A stretch of DNA of 64,000 nucleotides from a virus, in IMG/VR virus record IMGVR_UViG_3300027985_000557, positions 3,046 through 67,045 of that record; one strand, 5' to 3'. Positions within the stretch are counted from its first letter, which is position 1; every line of letters begins with the position of its first letter. A model generated the notes under the pieces. It worked only from the letters and a program-made list of their open reading frames with translations. It did not search any database and was not told where the DNA came from. The position numbers and the translations under genes are program-made. This document shows, piece after piece, positions 27,398 to 35,765 of the stretch.

Positions 27398-27895
27398 GTG
27401 TCACTCGATGATGTTCATATTCGTATGAATGATACCGGGGAGTACACGTTGATCCTCAAATCGGATAAATGTGATCCACAGACAGGGAAGCGCCTTACCG
27501 TAGAACTTGGCGGATTTTCCACCAAGGATCTTCTTATGCTGCGGAACGCCATAAGTAATGACTTGATGGCGTGGGACGATGACGGAGTTATACCTCAACC
27601 TGATGGCATGTCATTCAAACAACTTTTGTCCTTTGTGTGGGCGATCGAAGAATCTAGCGAGATAATTCAGGCGATCTGCAAACTCCTGCGGTTTGGTGCG
27701 TTGAATAGCCCCCCGGGAAACGAATGGACAAACCACGACCTGCTCGCTAAGGAGATCGGTAACTTCCAAGCCGCCGTCAACCGCCTTTTGCGCGAAGGTC
27801 GCCTGAGTACTGAGGGCATGCGGTTCGGCATGGTCGAGAAGGAAACCCAACCCATACCGGGCCTTGATTTCCCGGTACCAATCAAGGAGGAGTAA
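27398..27895 (+). CDS. MazG-like NTP pyrophosphatase domain protein
   Basis: IEESSEIIQAICK ... LAKEIGN (the canonical D is N here). Confidence 0.55.
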   Translation: MSLDDVHIRMNDTGEYTLILKSDKCDPQTGKRLTVELGGFSTKDLLMLRNAISNDLMAWDDDGVIPQPDGMSFKQLLSFVWAIEESSEIIQAICKLLRFGALNSPPGNEWTNHDLLAKEIGNFQAAVNRLLREGRLSTEGMRFGMVEKETQPIPGLDFPVPIKEE

Positions 27896-28284
27896 TGCCT
27901 GAATTTCGCAAAGGCAAGGAGATTGACTTCAAACTTAATCTCGACAATGGCAAGTACACGTTCATCCAGTACAAGGATGGCGGTTCTGAGGCCCTGCGTT
28001 ACGGAGAGCCCTGGCAGGACACCACCGGCAACAACCTCGTATTCGCACTGGCGCACAAGCTGCACGAGGTCATTGGCGTTCTCGCTGCAACGGCGGAAGC
28101 CATGCGGTCGGCGTCTGACAGGTCAGCAAAGGTCGGCCTCAGCCTTGTAGAGCAAGTCCGGCAGGCCCAGGTACAGGCCGGCGAGGATATGGTAATCAAC
28201 AACCTCAAGGCCCGTGGGTTGTTCACTACTGATGTCATGGACAGCCAGGGAAAAGGAGAAGACGATGGGCGTGAGAACAGTTGA
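27895..28284 (+). CDS. Hypothetical protein
   Basis: AAGGAGG RBS; GKYTF...ALRYGEPW. Confidence 0.6.
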   Translation: MPEFRKGKEIDFKLNLDNGKYTFIQYKDGGSEALRYGEPWQDTTGNNLVFALAHKLHEVIGVLAATAEAMRSASDRSAKVGLSLVEQVRQAQVQAGEDMVINNLKARGLFTTDVMDSQGKGEDDGRENS

Positions 28285-28462
28285 GCTGGATGTCTACGTC
28301 CGCTCGGTGCGGGGCGAGAGTGTCGATGTCGAATACGACGGCGTCACGGCCAACCTTCCCCTTTCGCAGGTGTCGTGCGAAAACGACTTGTTCGACATGG
28401 TCGGGGATGAGGTCACCATCGAAATCCCCGAATGGCTCGCCATGGACCGGGGCCTGATATGA
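28265..28462 (+). CDS. Small hypothetical phage protein
   Basis: LPLSQV...IEIPEWLA..RGL motif; AGGAG RBS. Confidence 0.6.
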   Translation: MGVRTVELDVYVRSVRGESVDVEYDGVTANLPLSQVSCENDLFDMVGDEVTIEIPEWLAMDRGLI

Positions 28463-29061
28463 CCGAACAGGAACGGTATGCTGAACTGAGTCGGCGGTAC
28501 ATCAGCGCCAAGGCCGTGCGCCAGAGCCATCTTGACGAACGAGAAAAGCGGGTCACCGCCCTGGAGGCCTTGGATAAGCGGATCGACGCCCTGACCAAAG
28601 CTCGTGAAGTCGTTATGCTAGTCGGCAAGAACACGCAGCAGGCCCTTGAATATCGCATCAGTACGCTGGTGTCCCTGGCCCTGGCAACCGTGTTTGATGA
28701 CCCGTATGAGTTCAAGATCAACTTCGTGGAGCGCCGTAATACGGTGGAAGTTGATTTCGTCCTCATACGCGATGGCAAAGAGTATGACATTCTTGACGGC
28801 ACCGGGGGCGGCGTGAGTGACGTCGTGTCCTTTGCCCTGCGGGTGGCCGACTGGAAACTCCGTGGGGGCCGTCCGACGCTCTTGCATGATGAACAGTTCC
28901 GCAACGTCTGGCCGGCGGGCCAGCCCAAGGTGAGCACATTGCTCAAGAAGCTCAGCCATGACCTCGGCCTTCAGATAGTTCTGGTGTCCCATCAGGACTT
29001 GGTCAACGAGGCCGCCGATAAGACCTTTGCTGTCTTGAATAGCGCCGTCAAAGAGGCGTAA
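28459..29061 (+). CDS. SbcC/Rad50-like ATPase, C-terminal half
   Basis: Signature-like GTGGG..DVVSFALR, Walker B LLHDE, H-loop IVLVSH. Confidence 0.8.
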   Translation: MTEQERYAELSRRYISAKAVRQSHLDEREKRVTALEALDKRIDALTKAREVVMLVGKNTQQALEYRISTLVSLALATVFDDPYEFKINFVERRNTVEVDFVLIRDGKEYDILDGTGGGVSDVVSFALRVADWKLRGGRPTLLHDEQFRNVWPAGQPKVSTLLKKLSHDLGLQIVLVSHQDLVNEAADKTFAVLNSAVKEA

Positions 29062-29064
29062 TTT

Positions 29065-29490
29065 ATGCGCATATTCACAGGGTACTACCCCAACACGGGG
29101 CTGATGCTAGAAGGTAACATGCTTGCCAGCATTTCCAGATCACGCCCCGCGTTCTGGGAAGACTTACCTATTATCGAAGAACTTGCCCCACCCGCGTATC
29201 TACTGAATCTGCGTAATGACGGCCTCGTGACTGACCGTCAATTCTCCGTGGTCTACGCGGCAGAAGTTCTGGGTAAGTTCTCCTCAGCACAAAACCTCGT
29301 AGCCATGCTGTACGCCCGATTCGGTAACCAAAAGCCGTTGGGCCTGATATGCTGGGAAACGCCAGACGCATTCTGTCATCGGCACCTTGTCGCGGACTTT
29401 CTACGGATGGCCGGCTTGACAGTTCCCGAATGGGAGAAGCCTGTCCATAACCCTATAACCGATTCACCCTTTTTTAGGAGGAAAGTATGA
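29065..29490 (+). CDS. DUF488-family protein
   Basis: IFTGYY, SISR..P, LAPP, LICWE...FCHRHLVA. Confidence 0.75.
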   Translation: MRIFTGYYPNTGLMLEGNMLASISRSRPAFWEDLPIIEELAPPAYLLNLRNDGLVTDRQFSVVYAAEVLGKFSSAQNLVAMLYARFGNQKPLGLICWETPDAFCHRHLVADFLRMAGLTVPEWEKPVHNPITDSPFFRRKV

Positions 29491-30128
29491 CCGACCCACA
29501 GATTCGTGCCGTGCAGGAAGCTATCATGGACTTCGTCAATAGCGTCGAAGGCTTGCGCGTCAGCCAGGATGGTGTCGTGTCCGGCTCGTGGGTTAAGGCA
29601 AAGTTCGACACATTGAAGGAACTTGGCATCAGCTTGGGCACGGTTGCCGGCACCGGCACCGGCACCGTGGTCCCGGTCGGCCTTCAGCCGGAAGCGCCTT
29701 GGGAACGTCCGGTCAAGAAAACTCCCAGTTTTGGCATCGACAAAAAGATCAACAACTTCCTTGCCGACAAGCCGGCGCATTGGAACGGACGATTCTTTTT
29801 CTTGATGATCGAACGCATGGTCGAGACGTTCATACGTAAGAACACCGACTATGCCGGCCAAGACCACCAGGGCGCGGACATGCTCGTCAGCTTCCGCGAG
29901 TCCGAGGACATCCAGGTCAGCATGCTCAAGGGCATCCTTGTTCGTGCTGGGGATAAGTGGCGGCGGATCAAGAACTTGACGCGCGAAAATCGCGCGGGTA
30001 TGGTGCGCGATGAAACCATCGTGGACACTATGCTTGATCTGGCGATTTACATGGTCATCGCCATCGTCGCGCACATGTCCACGCATCCCACCAACGAACA
30101 CGAGGTGCAGAGTGAACGAGTCGATTAA
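29487..30128 (+). CDS. Nucleotide modification-associated domain 1 (DUF1599-like, all-alpha pyrophosphatase fold)
   Basis: RKNTDY, GILVR..DKWRRI.NL, ETIVDTMLDLAIY. Confidence 0.7.
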   Translation: MTDPQIRAVQEAIMDFVNSVEGLRVSQDGVVSGSWVKAKFDTLKELGISLGTVAGTGTGTVVPVGLQPEAPWERPVKKTPSFGIDKKINNFLADKPAHWNGRFFFLMIERMVETFIRKNTDYAGQDHQGADMLVSFRESEDIQVSMLKGILVRAGDKWRRIKNLTRENRAGMVRDETIVDTMLDLAIYMVIAIVAHMSTHPTNEHEVQSERVD

Positions 30129-30591
30129 GACCCTTAACGAGTACCAAGCCGCCACCGAAACCGTGGCGGTCTATCCGGGTTCCGACCGGGAAGTGACCAC
30201 GGCCTTGACCGAAATGCTCATGCAAGAGATTGGTGAGGCTATGCGGTCACCGGAAGCGGGAACTGACGAGGCTCTCGCCGGAGCGGCCCTTATCCTGCCG
30301 CTTCTCCGCAACATAGGCCATCTCGGCCTGTTCTATACCAGCCTGGGCCTTGCCGGTGAGTCCGGTGAGTTCTGCGAAAAGGTCAAGAAGCTTCTGCGTG
30401 ACGGCCAGGGGGTCATTACCGACGAACGCCGGCTGACCATGGCCCAGGAACTCGGCGACATCCTCTGGTATGTGGCCCAGGCCGCCAAGCAGATCGGTTT
30501 TGATCTCGAAGCCATCGCGAACATCAATATGAACAAACTGCTGGATCGCAAGGACCGGGGCGTCCTCGGCGGGTCCGGGGATTCCAGGTAG
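30112..30591 (+). CDS. MazG-like nucleotide pyrophosphohydrolase
   Basis: LNEYQ, LGLAGESGE..EKVKK, ELGDILWYVA, N..KL.DR..RG. Confidence 0.88.
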   Translation: MNESIKTLNEYQAATETVAVYPGSDREVTTALTEMLMQEIGEAMRSPEAGTDEALAGAALILPLLRNIGHLGLFYTSLGLAGESGEFCEKVKKLLRDGQGVITDERRLTMAQELGDILWYVAQAAKQIGFDLEAIANINMNKLLDRKDRGVLGGSGDSR

Positions 30592-30594
30592 GAT

Positions 30595-31155
30595 ATGAGC
30601 GCCTCCCTTGCACGTTGCAAGGGGGCCATGGCTACGAATAGGGCGGTCCTCCGGCAATGGGCCGCCCTCAGTCTCACCACCCTTGCTATTGTCTTCTTGT
30701 CAACCGGCGCCCTACCTACCGCAGCAAACGCCAATGATCAAAAGGTCGTGGCGCCCTTATTCGACCGATCAAAGCGTGCGCGGCGTATGATGGAGGAGTT
30801 TATGATTGGCGATCGTATTCAGGTCGAGGTAACCGCATATTCGTCCGAGTCACCGGAAACCGGGAATATCACGGCTTCGGGGCAAAGGGTTCGGCGGGGC
30901 ATCATTGCCGTGTCGCGTGATCTTGAAAGCGTCTATGGTCTGAAGTTCGGCGACCTCGTCGAGATTGAAGGCGTCGGCACTTTTGAGGTGCAGGACCGCA
31001 TGAACAAACGATGGACGAAGCGGATAGACATCTGGTTTCCCACTGAGCGCGAGTGCATCAACTTCGGAAAGCAGAACAGAACCCTTATCATCCTCGGAAA
31101 GGACGGCCCTGATGAAAGAGCTAGTTGCGAAGGTACAGGCCCATACCCTGCTTGA
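30595..31155 (+). CDS. Exported 3D-domain (lytic transglycosylase-like) protein
   Basis: Signal peptide; VTAY, ITASG, IAVSRD, VQDR, RIDIW. Confidence 0.8.
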   Translation: MSASLARCKGAMATNRAVLRQWAALSLTTLAIVFLSTGALPTAANANDQKVVAPLFDRSKRARRMMEEFMIGDRIQVEVTAYSSESPETGNITASGQRVRRGIIAVSRDLESVYGLKFGDLVEIEGVGTFEVQDRMNKRWTKRIDIWFPTERECINFGKQNRTLIILGKDGPDERASCEGTGPYPA

Positions 31156-31693
31156 TCGTGACCGCCTGCTGGCCCTGGCCAGCAACGCACAGATCTGTAA
31201 ACGATATTCCGGCGACTTCGCGGAGTTCGGTGTCTACCGGGGCGGCGGGGCCTTGCTCCTGCGATCTATTGCCCCGGAAAAGACCTTGCACCTGTTCGAT
31301 ACCTTCCAAGGTATCCCGGAAGATGATGTCATGCCTGACGGTCACAAGGCTGGTGACTTCAGGGACACGTCCATCAAAGACGTGCGCAAGCTGCTCGGTG
31401 ATTCGTTGAGGGTCATGTACCACCAAGGATGGTTTCCCCTCAAGCGCATGCCGAACACCCTTTACGCCTTGGTTCACATGGACGCGGACACTTACCAGAG
31501 CACCAAAGCTGGAATCGACTACTTCGCCCCGCGCCTTGTCCCTGGCGGCCGTATCATTTTTGATGACTATGGGTGGAAGGACTGCCCCGGCGTGAAGAAG
31601 GCAATCCACGAGCATTTGCTTCATTGTCCGCCGAACAAATACTACACCGTGTCCGAAGCCCGCTATCAGCTCACGTTCATACGGGAAAAGTAA
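31112..31693 (+). CDS. TylF/MycF-family O-methyltransferase
   Basis: GDFAEFGVYRGG, LFDTFQG, GWF, VHMDAD.Y.ST, GGRIIFDDY. Confidence 0.88.
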   Translation: MKELVAKVQAHTLLDRDRLLALASNAQICKRYSGDFAEFGVYRGGGALLLRSIAPEKTLHLFDTFQGIPEDDVMPDGHKAGDFRDTSIKDVRKLLGDSLRVMYHQGWFPLKRMPNTLYALVHMDADTYQSTKAGIDYFAPRLVPGGRIIFDDYGWKDCPGVKKAIHEHLLHCPPNKYYTVSEARYQLTFIREK

Positions 31694-31754
31694 AAAACCG
31701 AGAGCCATACAGAGCCGCATTTGCGTTTTTCAGGGGTAACCTACCCCAAACTAT

Positions 31755-31790
31755 AGGCCCATGGCAAACGAGCTGCCATGGGCCTTTTTG
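31755..31790. terminator. Terminator between the convergent early and late arms
   Basis: AGGCCCATGGCA / TGCCATGGGCCT stem followed by TTTT. Confidence 0.75.
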
Positions 31791-31813
31791 CGCGACTAGC
31801 GGCGGTCTGGCGG

Positions 31814-32389
31814 TTATGCGGCCCGGTAAAAGGGACCGATAAGGCGGTAGAGGACACCGTCCCACCATTTTGAGATGTCAGGCGGCTGTGGAGCGAAGCC
31901 TTGCGGGGCAGAAGTCTTGCGTTTCAGCCCGGCATATTCAGTAGCGAAGCCGAAGGCTTCCGAGCAGAACAGTTTCTCGTCGTCTTCTCGCACGCGGCCC
32001 ATGATTTGCTTGAACAGATCAGGATAATCATAAGGAGTCTGCTTCAGCATCATGTCCATGAGGTAAAAGCGGAAAGCTTCTTGGACCTCGACGGTCAAGC
32101 CGTGCGGAACGAACAGGTAAAGGGTTCCTTCAAAGTCCCGGAAATAGTGGCTGAGGTATGTCGGGGTCAACCCGTGTTCCAGAGCCTCGATGAGAGTGAC
32201 CCGCTCTTCGCGAACCATGTTCGCAGGGTAGCGCACCACCGGAGCTGCGTGACTGCAATAGGCATCGTGCCCTTCAAAGCACCGAATGGCTTTCCCCAAC
32301 GGGCTGGAGGAAGCCGTAAGGATGCAGGAGCCGGTGACGCACAGGTCACGGCCGCCTTCCAGATAGGGGATGTCAATGATGGCGGGCAC
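31814..32389 (-). CDS. Permuted papain-like amidase (YaeF/YiiX-type NlpC/P60)
   Basis: SHA histidine precedes PYDY and LFCSE cysteine. Confidence 0.7.
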   Translation of the reverse strand: MPAIIDIPYLEGGRDLCVTGSCILTASSSPLGKAIRCFEGHDAYCSHAAPVVRYPANMVREERVTLIEALEHGLTPTYLSHYFRDFEGTLYLFVPHGLTVEVQEAFRFYLMDMMLKQTPYDYPDLFKQIMGRVREDDEKLFCSEAFGFATEYAGLKRKTSAPQGFAPQPPDISKWWDGVLYRLIGPFYRAA

Positions 32390-32398
32390 GGCGGCCTC

Positions 32399-32764
32399 CT
32401 ATTTTAACAAGGTGTTCACGACAATGGGCAAGGCGGCGGTGACCGCCGCGTCGAGTGCCGACTTGGCGATACCCCACTTCTTTTCCGTGGAATTGTTTTT
32501 GAACGCCTCCGTGGCAGTAATAGCTTGCTCGACAACGGAAGCCGCCGCATCAACTTTTGCCGTCACTGACGGATTGTCCGCTTTGGCCTTGTTCAAAAGA
32601 TCGAGCATCTTGGTGGCAGATTCGTTCAAGTAGGTGACGCCGGCCACGGCTTGCTCCTGGGAGATGACAGGCTGGACAGGGGCGGTTGTCGTCTGCGTTC
32701 CGACACAGCCGATGAAGCAAAAGGCGACGATGGTGCTGATGAGGAAAAGAATGAACAGGCGCAT
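32399..32764 (-). CDS. Lipoprotein in the lysis cassette, spanin candidate
   Basis: Signal peptide with FIGC lipobox, helical body. Confidence 0.55.
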   Translation of the reverse strand: MRLFILFLISTIVAFCFIGCVGTQTTTAPVQPVISQEQAVAGVTYLNESATKMLDLLNKAKADNPSVTAKVDAAASVVEQAITATEAFKNNSTEKKWGIAKSALDAAVTAALPIVVNTLLK

Positions 32765-32765
32765 A

Positions 32766-32930
32766 CTACTCTCCTTCGCGTACGATTAGAGGTTTTGGCA
32801 CGTAGCCGTCCGGGCCACCCCGGCCGTCATTCTGCCAGACAGTATCCCCGACCCCAAACCGAATGGCTGGCTTCCAGCAGCCAGCCATGGTGAGAGTAAG
32901 GATCAGTAGAAGGAGCGCGCTACCTTTCAG
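32766..32930 (-). CDS. Small putative lipoprotein, o-spanin candidate, start uncertain
   Basis: ALLLLILTLTMAGC lipobox-like stretch right after the endolysin; no clear start codon. Confidence 0.3.
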   Translation of the reverse strand: MKGSALLLLILTLTMAGCWKPAIRFGVGDTVWQNDGRGGPDGYVPKPLIVREGE

Positions 32931-33639
32931 GAAATGCCGTGAGCAGCGCCGCCCAAGTATACTTTCCGATGATTCCGTCGTCGTCAAGGCCGTGCTCCTT
33001 TTGGAACTTGATGACCCCGCCGTAGGTCTTCTGACCAAAAAGGCCGTCATCCTTGAGGCCGAGCTTCTTTTGGACCCAGGCCACATCGCTGCCGGCGCAC
33101 GTCAGGCTGAGAATACGCATGCCCAGCGGGTAGACCCGCAAGGATTCAGTCTGCTGCGCCGACTTAGCTATGGCGATATTGCCGGACGGCGCGGAAATAC
33201 GGAAGCCCTTGGGATTGAGGTTCAGCACGTATTTGTAGTCGAACACCGGGCAGGCTTTGTTCGCCACTTCACAATGCCCGTGATAGTGGACGATGCCGCC
33301 ATAGGCCGCATCGATTTTGTCAGCCAGAGCGCGCAGGGTAGCGAACTGCTTCTCGTTGAAGTCGGACTGCTTGAGACCGTCCAGGCAAACGGCGATGCTC
33401 CCGGTATTGTGCCCTTCCTGCGCGGCCGGAATTTCTTCCAGGCCCCGGTAGGTCGGGATGAGGGTACCTTCGCGATCGATGATGTAGTGGTAGCCCGTCG
33501 TGCGGAAGCCCCGGGCCACGTGCCACGAGGTAACAGCGTCCAGGAGCTTTTTGCCCATCAGGTCGCCGTTGCCGTAGGCGGTGCAGTGCAGGAATACACG
33601 GGTCACAAGGCGTTTCGGTTTCGTGAACTCGATTGTCAT
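32920..33639 (-). CDS. Endolysin: N-acetylmuramoyl-L-alanine amidase plus peptidoglycan-binding domain
   Basis: FLHCT, WH..RGF..GYHY, GH.E...KACP; C-terminal DG.FG..T...FQ..GL..DGIIG..TW; GGAGG RBS before 33639. Confidence 0.92.
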   Translation of the reverse strand: MTIEFTKPKRLVTRVFLHCTAYGNGDLMGKKLLDAVTSWHVARGFRTTGYHYIIDREGTLIPTYRGLEEIPAAQEGHNTGSIAVCLDGLKQSDFNEKQFATLRALADKIDAAYGGIVHYHGHCEVANKACPVFDYKYVLNLNPKGFRISAPSGNIAIAKSAQQTESLRVYPLGMRILSLTCAGSDVAWVQKKLGLKDDGLFGQKTYGGVIKFQKEHGLDDDGIIGKYTWAALLTAFPER

Positions 33640-33655
33640 GGTGTCCTCCATGAGG

Positions 33656-34210
33656 TTATGGGCCAGCGTGCGCCCCAGCGGCGGCAACGGCGGCCTTAAC
33701 CGCCGGAGTATTATGCCACATCCACAGGGCAACCAAGGCGATCAAAACCGCAACGCTATAGGCAATTCGTAACTCCCACTTGATGCGGTCCCATGATTCT
33801 GCCAGGGTCTTGGCTGGTTTTACTTCTTCCACAATCATAGCTTTCAGCGTGGCGACAATATCTTCCAAACATTTCTTGGTAAGGATGTCGCGGGTGTCGT
33901 CACGCTCTTTTTGGATTGTATGCCTGGAATCGCAGGCTTGGTTACGGATGCGGTGGCCCTCGTCGATAGCCACCTTGACCTTTTCAAGAATCTCGATAAT
34001 GTCAGAAGACTGCCCTTCGGTAATCTCCCGAAGGGCGTCTATGATGGTCTGGCGAGTCGGCTCGCTCTGCGCCATATCAACGATACGCTGAATCTGCTGC
34101 GTCACCAGGGCAAGCAGTTGTGATTGCTTGTTCTGGGTTTCTTGAAATGGAAGCAGAACGGACTGAAGTAGACTGACAAGCTCCCTCAGTTCATCGACTC
34201 CTGCCATCAT
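33656..34210 (-). CDS. Coiled-coil protein with C-terminal TM helix, holin/antiholin candidate
   Basis: Heptads then IAYSVAVLIALVALWMW; directly upstream of the endolysin. Confidence 0.6.
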   Translation of the reverse strand: MMAGVDELRELVSLLQSVLLPFQETQNKQSQLLALVTQQIQRIVDMAQSEPTRQTIIDALREITEGQSSDIIEILEKVKVAIDEGHRIRNQACDSRHTIQKERDDTRDILTKKCLEDIVATLKAMIVEEVKPAKTLAESWDRIKWELRIAYSVAVLIALVALWMWHNTPAVKAAVAAAGAHAGP

Positions 34211-35082
34211 CCACCTTCCATTTTTGCGAGCATTCTTTCCGTCTCGAACAAGGTGGAAAAGGCCTCGTCCGTCTTCTCCTTGATTTCCTGGTGCTGATCA
34301 CTCATGCGATTGCGGGCCAGTTCAAGGAGTTCCTTTGTCCGCTGATGGCGGTACGTTGTGTCACGGCCCACACACTGCACTTCCGTAACATGTCCTTGGA
34401 CGTTGCGAATTGCACTAGCCCGCCATGAAATCCACCGACCATTCATTGTAAACTCCCCGCCATCAGCGATCTCGCACTGGTTGGCGAGGACGCGCCCCAC
34501 CGTAGTGAACTGCTGTTTGGCGGCCCCGTCGAGGTAATCGCCTATCAGCGTCCCTTGCATTTCACCTTCGATCATATTGCAAAGATCGGCAAAGGATTTG
34601 TTCACAAAGGTTACAATCCCGTTTGGGCGGAACCTGCAAATATAGTCTGGTGTAAGATTTACAACAGAATCGTAAAGTTGGCAACGGTCTTGAAGTTGTT
34701 TTTCCATCTCCCATTTTTCGACCGTCAATATCAAGATTAGGGGGAGAGCTGAAATATCACATTTGCGTACATAGGAAGACGCGCCCGCATGGATACTGGC
34801 CTTGGCGATGTCTATATTGTCCGTCCCCGTCAGCACGATAATGGGGATATTCGGGCACATCTCCCGGACGGCCCGTACCGAGTTGATGCCAGTACTATCC
34901 GGCAGCATAAGATCGACAAGGACAACGTCAAGGCATCCCTGATCCATCAATTTTCGGGCTTCTTCCAATGTGTGACACGGAGTATAGATATAGTCTTCCG
35001 ACGGCAAGTTCTTTGCCAACAAGGAACGGACGATATGGATTTGGATTTCACTGTCTTCTATGTGCAGAACACGGAAGCTCAT
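34207..35082 (-). CDS. Response-regulator receiver + PAS/PAC + coiled-coil protein
   Basis: VLHIEDS, VLVDLMLPD, IIVLTG, GASSYVRK; PDYICRF..NG..TFVN ... VGRDTT; GGAGG RBS before 35082. Confidence 0.88.
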   Translation of the reverse strand: MSFRVLHIEDSEIQIHIVRSLLAKNLPSEDYIYTPCHTLEEARKLMDQGCLDVVLVDLMLPDSTGINSVRAVREMCPNIPIIVLTGTDNIDIAKASIHAGASSYVRKCDISALPLILILTVEKWEMEKQLQDRCQLYDSVVNLTPDYICRFRPNGIVTFVNKSFADLCNMIEGEMQGTLIGDYLDGAAKQQFTTVGRVLANQCEIADGGEFTMNGRWISWRASAIRNVQGHVTEVQCVGRDTTYRHQRTKELLELARNRMSDQHQEIKEKTDEAFSTLFETERMLAKMEGG

Positions 35083-35083
35083 G

Positions 35084-35470
35084 CTACCCTCCTTCCCCAG
35101 AGGCGGCTGCGCCTTCTGGGCGTCTTCGCGGACCACCTGCCTTCGGTGGTGCGGACGGACTAAAGAAGGAATCAGCTATTCCGCTTAATGCCGTATCGGA
35201 CCCAAGCATGCACCCTTCGCTCTTGGCCTCAATGTTCTTCTGCCACCCTTTGGCGAACAAGGCCGCTACTGCTCCAAGAAGACCGGTGAAGTCAGTTAAG
35301 TTAAGGGGAATAAATTCCTTCTTCTCGATACATACAATCTTCCAAACTGAGATTACCTCCATGAATAGGTAAATACTGGCCGCCACAGTCATCATTGTCA
35401 TTATGCGCATGCTCGAAAGCCGTTTACGGTCATCCGTAAACGGCTCGAGAAGTTTGGTGAAAAATGTCAT
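35084..35470 (-). CDS. Putative holin with two hydrophobic segments
   Basis: KRLSSMR then two TM-like stretches and a charged tail; first gene of the lysis cassette. Confidence 0.55.
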   Translation of the reverse strand: MTFFTKLLEPFTDDRKRLSSMRIMTMMTVAASIYLFMEVISVWKIVCIEKKEFIPLNLTDFTGLLGAVAALFAKGWQKNIEAKSEGCMLGSDTALSGIADSFFSPSAPPKAGGPRRRPEGAAASGEGG

Positions 35471-35483
35471 ACGGCCCCTCCAA

Positions 35484-35765
35484 TTATCGTTCGCTCACCT
35501 TAATTTTCGCAGAACGCTCACAGGTTTTGCCGTTATTGGTAACAATCTTACAGGTTACGATGTAAGAATTACCCGCAGTCCCTCCAGATAGCCATAGCGT
35601 CACCATGCTATCCGTAAATTCGTAACTGTCAATGTCTATTCCATCAGTGACCGTGAGGGTAACTGATTTGATCGTATCCTGCGAATTAAGCCATCCTGAC
35701 CAATCAAAGAAATAGTCCAGGATGTCACTCGGATCTTTGGCGCTTGGCCAACTGCTGATTCCCAT
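35484..35765 (-). CDS. Phage fibre-adaptor protein
   Basis: KDP...LDY.FDW..WL ... WLSGG..G..Y.VTC.I.T. Confidence 0.7.
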   Translation of the reverse strand: MGISSWPSAKDPSDILDYFFDWSGWLNSQDTIKSVTLTVTDGIDIDSYEFTDSMVTLWLSGGTAGNSYIVTCKIVTNNGKTCERSAKIKVSER

